The position numbers and the translations under genes are program-made. Shown in pieces: positions 48,349-56,114 of a stretch of 56,114 bases of DNA. The stretch spans positions 1-56,114 of the forward strand of contig CANSTH010000001.1 of the NCBI GenBank assembly GCA_947649875.1, written 5' to 3'. The first letter of the stretch is position 1, and each line of letters opens with the position of its first letter. The notes under the pieces were generated by a model. That model was not told the DNA's origin. It saw nothing but the letters and a program-made list of their open reading frames with translations, and ran no database searches. The stretch comes from an uncultured Parvibacter sp. GTDB taxonomy: Bacteria > Actinomycetota > Coriobacteriia > Coriobacteriales > Eggerthellaceae.

Positions 48349-49188
48349 ATGTCCGAACGCATTTGGCAGGCGGGCAAAGCCTACCGCGAAATTATTTACG
48401 AGACATCTGACGGCATTGCCAAGATCACCATCAACCGGCCCGAGCGCCGTAATGCCTTTACCCCTCTTACCGTGAACGAGCTCTACGATGCCTTCACCGT
48501 TGCTCGAGACGATGCTTCCATTGGCGTCATTTTGCTCACCGGCAAAAACCATGGCGGCCGCCATGAAGACGAGGCCTTCTGCTCGGGGGGCGACCAGAAG
48601 ATTCGCGGCAACGGCGGATACGTGGGCGAGGACAACATTCCGCGCTTGAATGTGCTCGATTTGCAGCGGCTCATTCGCATCGTGCCCAAACCGGTCATTG
48701 CCATGGTGAACGGCTATGCTATTGGCGGGGGGCATGTGCTTTCCATTTTGTGCGACCTCACCATTGCCGCTGATACTGCCAAGTTTGGTCAAACCGGCCC
48801 TAAAGTGGGCAGTTTCGATGCTGGCTATGGGGCTGGGTATCTGGCCGCCATCGTAGGACAGAAGAAGGCGCGCGAGATTTGGTATCTGTGTCGTCAGTAC
48901 ACCGCTGCCGAGGCGCTGGAGATGGGCCTCGTGAACAAGGTGGTGCCCTTCGACCAGTTGGAAGCCGAGTGCTGCGCCTGGGCCGATGAGATGCTGGCGC
49001 TCTCGCCCACGGCGCTGCGCCTGATGAAGGCCTCGTTCAATGCTGCGACCGATGGCCTTGCCGGCATTGCCCAGCTGGGAGGCGATGCTACGCTGCTCTA
49101 CTATACCTCCGATGAGGCCAAAGAGGGCCGCGATGCCTTCAAAGAGAAGCGCGCCCCCGACTTCACCCAATTTCCGAAATTCCCCTGA
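48349..49188 (+). CDS. menB: 1,4-dihydroxy-2-naphthoyl-CoA synthase
   Basis: [56 protein letters not shown]. Confidence 0.97.
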   Translation: MSERIWQAGKAYREIIYETSDGIAKITINRPERRNAFTPLTVNELYDAFTVARDDASIGVILLTGKNHGGRHEDEAFCSGGDQKIRGNGGYVGEDNIPRLNVLDLQRLIRIVPKPVIAMVNGYAIGGGHVLSILCDLTIAADTAKFGQTGPKVGSFDAGYGAGYLAAIVGQKKAREIWYLCRQYTAAEALEMGLVNKVVPFDQLEAECCAWADEMLALSPTALRLMKASFNAATDGLAGIAQLGGDATLLYYTSDEAKEGRDAFKEKRAPDFTQFPKFP

Positions 49189-49206
49189 TAATCGCCACCA
49201 ACGGCC

Positions 49207-51936
49207 ATGATCGAGCATTTCGAGCGCACCGCCCGCATAGCCCCCACGCAGGATTTTCTTACCTTCGTGAATGCCTCCCGGCACAAGGAGATTTTCTCTT
49301 ATCGCCGGGTGCGCATGCTGTCGGCGTTCATCGCGTTCCATCTGCAAGAGCATGGGATGCAGCCGGATGATGCGGTTGTGGTCGATCTCCCCAATGGCCC
49401 AGCATTTGTGTGCCTCGCTTTGGCGGCTGCTTACGGCGGTTTTTCGCTGGTGTGCTTGAACCGCCGGCTTACGCCCCTGGAGAAGAAGGCCCGCGTACAA
49501 GAGGTGGGAGCGCTGGGGTTGCGGGTGGCGACAACGGTGGACAGCGAACGGGCGGCTCAGCTTTTGGCCTTCGCCGAAAAGGCTCTGGCTACTGGCAACT
49601 ATCAACTGAACCATCGTTCCATCATGGGGGAGAAGCAGGATGTGCACGATGACGCCATCCACTTTGCCGAGCGCGCGGCCCACCTGTTCGATCCGGACGC
49701 TCGCGCTATCGTTATGTTCACATCGGGCACTACCGGACGCCCCAAGGCGGTATCGCTTACGTGGCGCATGCTGGAGTCGGCGGCGCTGGCCGCCAATCGG
49801 GCGTTGGGTTGCACGCGCAGTTCCCAGTGGCAGGCGGTGTTGCCGTTCTTCCATATTGGGGGCTTCCAGGTGTTGGTGCGCAGTGTGTGTGCCGGCACGC
49901 CGCTGGTGGTGTACGAGAAGTTCGATCCCCAGCAGTTGCTGCGGGATGTGCGCCAATGTCGCATCAGCCATGTGTCGGTGGTGGACAAGATGCTGCAGGA
50001 CTTGTTGGACCTGGACAAGGATGACGCCCTTTCCCGCTATCAGTGCATTTTGCTGGGGGGCGCTGCGCCGAATCAGCGCACCTTACAGCGCGCAGGTCAG
50101 CGGGGTGTTTCCCTGTATGTCAGCTATGGCATGACCGAGACATCCAGCCTTATGGCTGCCAGTCGGGTGGACGCCTCTTTCGATGGGGGCCTTCAGCTTT
50201 TGGAGGGCTATGTGGCCCGCACTGTGGATGCGGATCCGTTGGGGTTCGGCGCCTTGGCGGTTCAGGGCCCGGGGGTGTTCGGGGGCTATATGAACGCGCG
50301 AGCGGCCCGCACAGTGGACGGGTTCTTCCTCACCGGTGATATTGCGGCAGTGCGCGGCCAGAAAATCTACGTGCGGGAGCGCACGGTGGACATGTTCGTG
50401 TCCGGCGGCGAGAACATCTATCCGGCCGAAGTGGCCCACGCGCTGCAGAGCTTGCCGGGGGTGGCCGAGGCCTACGTGTTCGGCATTCGCGACGAAACGT
50501 GGGGGCGCCGCCCCGTGGCGCTGATAGAGCCTCGCCCGGGAAACCAACTGCCCGCTCCGTGGGAGATGCGCGCAAAACTGGCCCCAGTGCTCTCCCGTGT
50601 GGCCATGCCGCAGTTTATCATGGCGGTGGATCAGCTGCCTCGCCAGGGCATCGGCAAGATTGACCGCAAGGGCGCGGCGCAGCTGTGGCAAAAGCGGTTG
50701 CAGGTGGCAGATGTGCGGCTGCGCTCAGTGCGCATTCCCTTCAAGCGTCCGTTTCGCACTGCCAAGGGCACCTTGAAGTACCGTGATGTGCTGCTAGTAG
50801 AAGTGGAAGACGCCGAAGGACGTGTTGGCATCGGGGAATGCAACGCGTTTTCCACCCCCTGGTACTTGTCGGAAGTGCTTTCCCATGACGAGCGGGTGAT
50901 TCGCGAGGTGCTGGCCCCCATGGTCACTTCCGAGGTGATGGCCCACCCCCGCGAGTTCAGCCGATGGTGCTCTACGGTGCCGGCGGCGGCCGGCGCTCCT
51001 ATGGCTTGCGCTGCTGTTGAGGGGGCGCTATGGGACCTGTACGGCAAGATTGTAAAGGAGCCGCTATGGTCGGTAATGCGCGCCGAGCATCAGCGACTGA
51101 GCGCTGCGGGAAGCACGTTGCCGGGGCAAGCGAACCTGCGTCCCAGCTCGGAGGGAATGGTGCTGCGCGTGCCCCGCGTTGCCAGCTCGCTCACCGACTA
51201 CCCCAGCGCCTACGTGGGGGCTGGTGCCGTGGTGGGCGTTGCCTCGGTGGAAGAAACGCTGGCCCAGGTGCGCTCTTTGGTGGGGGAGGGCTACAAGCGC
51301 GTGAAGCTCAAGGTCGCCCCGCGAACCGGCGCCGTGGCGGCTGTGCGGGCGGTGTGTCAGCTGTTCCCGCAGCTGATGGTCACCCTTGATGCCAACCAGA
51401 GCTTCTCGTCCGCTGATGGCATCGAGCTGTTGGCTCTGTGCAACTTGCCGGTGGCCTGGATAGAAGAGCCCATCGCCTTTACCGAGCGGCAAAGGGAGAA
51501 TCCCGCCGAGATGTACCGTCAGCTTTCGATGCTGCAGCCCCAGCTGGGATGTCCCATTTGCCTTGACGAGTCCATCACCTGTGCTGCTGATGCCTATTTG
51601 GCCCTGCGCTTTCCGCAGTTGCGAATATTTGCATTGAAGCCGGGTAAATTCGGGGGCATTCAGCCCAGCCTGGAGTTCGCGATTGCCGCCCAGCAAGTAG
51701 GGGCGCTGGTTTGGATGAGCGGCATGTTCGACACGGGCGTTTCTCGCCGAGTGTTGGCGGCGTTCGAGGTGCTTCCAGGATTGGGCACACCAGGTGATGT
51801 GGGGTCGGTTTCTCGGTTCTTCCCCGCCGACATCACCGTTCCCCCCTATGAGTTTCCCAGTTCACGGGTGACTTTGAACCCGCCCGAATATCCCGAGGGC
51901 CTGGGCTGTCGGCTGAATGAAGAGCTGATTGGCTAG
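49207..51936 (+). CDS. Fused o-succinylbenzoate-CoA ligase (MenE) and o-succinylbenzoate synthase (MenC)
   Basis: N-half adenylate-forming motifs FTSGTTGRPKAV, LPFFHIGG, SYGMTET, TGD, SGGENIYP, GKIDR; C-half enolase-superfamily motifs KLKV, DANQ, EEP, DES, LKP. Confidence 0.92.
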   Translation: MIEHFERTARIAPTQDFLTFVNASRHKEIFSYRRVRMLSAFIAFHLQEHGMQPDDAVVVDLPNGPAFVCLALAAAYGGFSLVCLNRRLTPLEKKARVQEVGALGLRVATTVDSERAAQLLAFAEKALATGNYQLNHRSIMGEKQDVHDDAIHFAERAAHLFDPDARAIVMFTSGTTGRPKAVSLTWRMLESAALAANRALGCTRSSQWQAVLPFFHIGGFQVLVRSVCAGTPLVVYEKFDPQQLLRDVRQCRISHVSVVDKMLQDLLDLDKDDALSRYQCILLGGAAPNQRTLQRAGQRGVSLYVSYGMTETSSLMAASRVDASFDGGLQLLEGYVARTVDADPLGFGALAVQGPGVFGGYMNARAARTVDGFFLTGDIAAVRGQKIYVRERTVDMFVSGGENIYPAEVAHALQSLPGVAEAYVFGIRDETWGRRPVALIEPRPGNQLPAPWEMRAKLAPVLSRVAMPQFIMAVDQLPRQGIGKIDRKGAAQLWQKRLQVADVRLRSVRIPFKRPFRTAKGTLKYRDVLLVEVEDAEGRVGIGECNAFSTPWYLSEVLSHDERVIREVLAPMVTSEVMAHPREFSRWCSTVPAAAGAPMACAAVEGALWDLYGKIVKEPLWSVMRAEHQRLSAAGSTLPGQANLRPSSEGMVLRVPRVASSLTDYPSAYVGAGAVVGVASVEETLAQVRSLVGEGYKRVKLKVAPRTGAVAAVRAVCQLFPQLMVTLDANQSFSSADGIELLALCNLPVAWIEEPIAFTERQRENPAEMYRQLSMLQPQLGCPICLDESITCAADAYLALRFPQLRIFALKPGKFGGIQPSLEFAIAAQQVGALVWMSGMFDTGVSRRVLAAFEVLPGLGTPGDVGSVSRFFPADITVPPYEFPSSRVTLNPPEYPEGLGCRLNEELIG

Positions 51937-52262
51937 GCCTTTGCCGCCTGATGCCATTTTGACGCCTCAGGCAGCAGGTGCTCCTCATCTTAGTGGGACG
52001 GCATGTCCGGTTTGGCCGTGGTCAACGGGAAAGGCCGGACGGTTGGTGTCCTGATTAGCTTGTCGGCGGCATACTCGGCCGTTCAAAAAATTCAAACCTT
52101 CTTTGCCGATGCGCTCTTGCTTTATGGCACGAAAACGATACTGTTAGAAAGTTGTCCACAGCCAAGACAATTGACTCGTGGAGCTCCGAACACACGCAAG
52201 GGACGCGTATAAGAGATCTGTTGCAGCATGGCCATTTTGGGCAAGCGGGAAGAGGCGAAGAG

Positions 52263-54227
52263 ATGAATTTGACGCGACGGCAGTGGATGACCATCAGCAT
52301 CTTGGTGCTGGGGGCATTTATCACGGTGCTCAACCAAACAGTGGTAACACCGGCGCTTCCCTCCATCATGACGGAAATGGGAGTGAATGCTGCTACTGCC
52401 CAATGGCTTACCACTGGTTTCACCTTGGTGAATGCCATCATGATCCCCATTACCGCCTATCTGCAGGACCGCTTCCCCGTCAAGGGTCTGTTTGTGGTAT
52501 CGATGGCGTTGTTCACGGCTGGGTCGGCCATGTGCAGCTTGGCCGTGTCCTTCCCGGTCATTCTGGCGGGCCGCCTCATCCAGGCGGCGGGCGCTGGCAT
52601 CCTCATGCCCATGACCATGACGGTTTTGCTGGTCACCTTCCCAGTGGACAAGCGCGGCTCGGCTATGGGCGTGTTCGGTCTGGTCATTGCCTTTGCACCT
52701 GCCATCGGCCCCACGGTTGCCGGCTTCGTGATCGATCGCTTCGAGTGGCATATTATGTTCATGGCCATTACGGTGCTTTCGGCAGCCATCGTGCTGATAT
52801 CGCTGTTCCTTATAGAGCGCCGCAAAGCCGCTCGGAAGGGAACGGCCAAGCTAGATCCACTGTCTTTGACGCTGTCCACGCTGGGCTTCGGGTTGATGCT
52901 TTATGGGTTCTCGGCGGTGGGCTCAACCGGCCTAACTTTGTTCACTGTGGCCTAAATCTGGCTGGGCATCGGCGGCGTCGTATGGTTCTTTGTTCGACAA
53001 ACCCGCCTGCCTGAGCACATGTAGCAGGTGCGCGTTTTGGAGAATCGGCGCTTTTTGGTGGCCACCATCATTGGCATGTTGGTGCAAGGAGCCCTGTTGG
53101 CGGCCGGTATCCTCATGCCCATCTACTTGCAAACGCTGCTGGGGCAGTCCGCCACGGTGTCTGGTCTCGTGCTTATGCCCGGTGCCATCCTCATGGGCAT
53201 CATGAACCCGGTGGCGGGTAAATGGTTCGATCGCTCGGGCCCCCGTAAACTGGCTATCGCCGGCATGGGGCTGCTCACCCTTACCACTGTCGGCTTTGCC
53301 GTGCTCACCTTGAATACACCCATTATCTGGCTGACGATTCTCTACACGGTGCGCATGTTCTCCATGGCGCTGGTGAACATGCCCATCACCACCTGGGGCA
53401 TGAATGCGCTGCCCAACGACCTCATGAACCACGGCACTTCGGTGAACAATACGCTGCGGCAAGTGGCAGGCTCGCTGGGCACAGCGGTCATCATCTCGGT
53501 TTCCAGCATCGTTACCAATGCCCTGAGCGGCGCTATGGACCAGGCCTCCGCCACCCTCTACGGCATCAACGTGGCGTTTGGCGTGTGCACTGCCCTGTGC
53601 CTTATTGGTTTTATCCTCACGGTGGCATTGGTGCGCGATAGGAAGGGCGAGGACGCTCAGCGCGATACGGACGGTGCCCAGCGTAGCCTGCTGGAGTCCA
53701 TCATGAAAACCGATGTGTACTCGCTACCCCGCAGTGCGACGGTGGAAGACGCCATGCGGCTGTTCGTCACCAAGCACATCTCTGCCGCCCCTATCGTGAA
53801 CGACGAAGGCGAAGCGGTGGGCTTCATCTCCGATGGCGATATCCTGAAGCGCCTCTCTCCACGTCAAGGGTCTTTTATCGACCCCATTGTGCTCATTATG
53901 AGCTCTGCTTGCGATGGCCGCACCTACGATGAGAGGCTGGGCAATCTCATGAAGACCAATGTGTGCGAGATAGGCGCACCGCGCTCCATCAACGTCAGCG
54001 TGCACGCCGATCTGCCGCAGGTCTGCCGGGTGCTGGCAGAGAGCCACCTGAAAAAAGTGCCGGTGGTGGACAACGGCAAGCTGGTGGGCATCATCAATCG
54101 CAGCGACATCACCCAATACTCCATGCAGGCCTATCTGGCCTCCCGTTCCGAAGACGCCGACATCCCCGAGCCCCAACCGGCCCCCGAGGAACTGACCATC
54201 TGCCACGAAGAGCCCGCGGCGAAGTAG
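52263..54227 (+). pseudogene. DHA2 (EmrB/LmrB-like) MFS efflux transporter with C-terminal CBS pair, interrupted by two in-frame stops
   Basis: LNQT..TPALP, QWLTTG, GRLIQA.GAG, APAIGP, RQVAGSLGTA, then two CBS repeats; one reading frame throughout with TAA at 52953-52955 and TAG at 53022-53024. Confidence 0.8.
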
Positions 54228-54395
54228 GGCTGCCGGGGAGGGGCGGGGGCGATGCTATCTTTGTTTGGGCCCTCAGGAAACAAGCCCGTATAACTAGCCG
54301 AATCTTGGTGGCGTTTACCGCCAAATGCGCGAAAATATGAGATACGTGTTCGCTGCGCCGCAGGGGGCGCATCCAAAACAAGGAAGCTGATTTTC

Positions 54396-55706
54396 ATGAC
54401 AACCGTAATATGTTTGCTGCTCGTGGTATTTTTCTTGGCCATGAACGCATTCTTCGTGGTGGCAGAGTTCGCCCTCGTGCGCGTGCGCAAAAGCCAGATC
54501 GAAGTGGCAGTGGCGGAGAAGCGCCGTGGTGCAGAGGCAGCCCAAGAAGTTACCACCCATATCAACGCCTATCTTTCTGCTTGTCAGCTGGGCATTACCC
54601 TGGCATCGCTGGCCATCGGTTGGCTGGGCGAACCGGCGGTATCAGCCGTGCTGGAAGCGCCGCTTCTAGCGGCAGGGCTTCCGGAAGGCGCAGTGGCCCC
54701 CATATGTGTGGCGGTGGGCTTCGTCCTCATAACCGCGCTGCACGTTATCGTGGGCGAGCTTATCCCTAAATCCTTCGCCATCTTCTCTACTGAGCAATAT
54801 GCCCTGCATACAGCTGGCCCCTTGCGGGTGTTCTACAAGGTGACTTATCCCATTATGGTGGTGTTCAATGGCATCACCAATGGTGTAATGCGCTTGTTCG
54901 GCCACGATCCGGCCGACGAGCACGAGGTGTATACCGGTGACGAGATCAAGTTGCTGATCGACGAGTCTACCGAAAGTGGCCTTATCGAGCCGGAGGCCAA
55001 TGAGTTTGTGGACAACATTTTCGACTTGGGCGAAAAGGACGCAGAGGCCATTATGACCCCCCGTACCGATGTGGTGTGCATCGATTTGGAAGATTCGCTG
55101 CAAGAGAACTTGGACATCATTCATCAGTACAAGTACACCCGCTATCCGGTAGTGCGTGGCTCGAAAGACCATGTGGTGGGTTTTGTGCACGTGAAGGATC
55201 TTTACGGCATGGATCCCGACACCCCGCTTTCCGAGTGGAAGATCCGTGAGATGCCCGCTGTGCCCGAGGGGCTCAGCATTGCGCGGTTGCTGGATACATT
55301 GCAGCAAAAGCGCACAGAGATCTGCGTGGTGATCGATGAGCATGGCGGAACGGCCGGCATCGTGACCATGTCCGATGTGATGGAGCAGATTGTGGGTCGC
55401 ATCGACGACGAGTACGTGCACGACACCGATGACGATGTGGTGAAAGAGCCGGACGGCTCCTACCTCATCGATGGAGCCTTGGCCATTGCCGACTTAGAAG
55501 ATATCCTGGAATTCACTCCCGATGAGGCCGAGGAAGTGGAAACTGCTGGCGGTCTTCTGCTCACCCTGTTCGACCGCATCCCCGATGAGGGCGATGTGGT
55601 GGTGCTGGAACACAAGGGTACCAAGGTAAGTTTCACGGTGATTACCATGGATCGCCTGCGCATCGACCGTATTCGCATGGTGGTTGATCGCCCCGTCGAG
55701 GAGTAG
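54396..55706 (+). CDS. CNNM/TlyC/CorC-family transporter (DUF21 + CBS pair + CorC_HlyC)
   Basis: NAFFVVAEFALV, QLGITLASL.IGWLGEP, GELIPK, IMTPRTD, YTRYPV, VIDEHGGTAGIVT..D..E.IVG.I.DE. Confidence 0.93.
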   Translation: MTTVICLLLVVFFLAMNAFFVVAEFALVRVRKSQIEVAVAEKRRGAEAAQEVTTHINAYLSACQLGITLASLAIGWLGEPAVSAVLEAPLLAAGLPEGAVAPICVAVGFVLITALHVIVGELIPKSFAIFSTEQYALHTAGPLRVFYKVTYPIMVVFNGITNGVMRLFGHDPADEHEVYTGDEIKLLIDESTESGLIEPEANEFVDNIFDLGEKDAEAIMTPRTDVVCIDLEDSLQENLDIIHQYKYTRYPVVRGSKDHVVGFVHVKDLYGMDPDTPLSEWKIREMPAVPEGLSIARLLDTLQQKRTEICVVIDEHGGTAGIVTMSDVMEQIVGRIDDEYVHDTDDDVVKEPDGSYLIDGALAIADLEDILEFTPDEAEEVETAGGLLLTLFDRIPDEGDVVVLEHKGTKVSFTVITMDRLRIDRIRMVVDRPVEE

Positions 55707-55745
55707 CTGCAGGCGAAACACACTCCGGATAATTTGTTGCCACCG

Positions 55746-55773
55746 AATGCCCGGCTCCTTCTGGCCGGGCATT
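55746..55773 (+). terminator. Stem-loop downstream of the CNNM gene
   Basis: AATGCCCGGC/GCCGGGCATT 10-bp stem with 8-nt loop; weak U-tract. Confidence 0.55.
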
Positions 55774-55813
55774 TGCTATGGTGTGAGGGAGACCTGTTAC
55801 GCGGAGGCAAATT

Positions 55814-56114
55814 TTGAATACAGTAATTGACGTTCACTGCCACATCTACCCCGAGCCCATAAAGGAGAAGGCGGTTCGCAGCGTGGGGCAGTTCTACAAC
55901 ATTTCCATGGACGTGACTGACGGATCGGCCGAGGCTTTGCTGGCATCGTGTGCTGGTTCGCCCATCGGCCGTCATGTGGTGCACTCGGTGGCCCTCAGCC
56001 CCCATCAGGTGACTTCCATCAACGACTTTATCGCTGCCCAATGTGCCGCCCATCCACAATTCACCGGTTTTTTCACGTTGCATCAGGATTTTCCGAACCC
56101 CGAGCAGGAAATCG
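55814..56114 (+). CDS. Amidohydrolase-family protein, 5' part (runs off the window edge)
   Basis: Absent from the ORF track; GGAGG at 55803, TTG start; translates to MNTVIDVHCHIYPEPIKEKAV...SINDFIA...FTGFFTLHQD with the metal-binding DxHxH motif. Confidence 0.8.
   Translation, partial: MNTVIDVHCHIYPEPIKEKAVRSVGQFYNISMDVTDGSAEALLASCAGSPIGRHVVHSVALSPHQVTSINDFIAAQCAAHPQFTGFFTLHQDFPNPEQEI

Noticed and set aside
53022-53024. Pyrrolysine or amber read-through in the MFS gene
   Set aside because: A TAA lies upstream in the same frame, the expected residue is Leu, no pyl genes are in the window, and TAG is a normal stop for many genes here
55696-55797. yybP-ykoY (Mn) riboswitch suggested by GGAGTAGC...GAGACC
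   Set aside because: The 5' match is simply the Glu-Glu-stop end of the CNNM gene; the internal CGTCA-type core and P1 pairing are missing

Overview
High-GC chromosomal segment whose gene content and order point to a Coriobacteriia (Eggerthellaceae-like) gut actinobacterium; this is an inference, not a database result. Left to right: (1) the actinobacterial signalling/cell-wall cluster fhaA-fhaB-pstP-[rodA::pbpA fusion]-pknB; (2) an ABC1/UbiB kinase, a GNAT and a class-II UvrA-like ATPase with a 3' frameshift; (3) a Tat-signal molybdoenzyme of the catechol-dehydroxylase (Dadh-like) type plus its Fe-S subunit, with a divergent LysR gene and no membrane-anchor gene; (4) tRNA-Thr(CGT), DUF488, Usp, a MurT::GatD fusion and an LCP protein; (5) a formate/nitrate respiration block, with narJ divergent from narK-narGHI, followed by a Cys-type, Tat-less formate dehydrogenase (alpha, beta, NrfD-like anchor); (6) folE, rlmH, xth and an endonuclease IV homolog that has lost four of nine metal ligands; (7) menaquinone genes (menF-D-H; menB and a menE::menC fusion) split by an ArcD-like permease and an XRE gene; (8) an MFS::CBS gene broken by two in-frame stops, a CNNM/TlyC transporter and a truncated amidohydrolase. 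The most striking non-coding signal is a dispersed ~150-nt structured repeat (four full-length copies and one partial) with extensive compensatory base changes. There is also a GTAG-type REP doublet and a second long inverted-repeat element. I found no CRISPR array, transposase or integrase.
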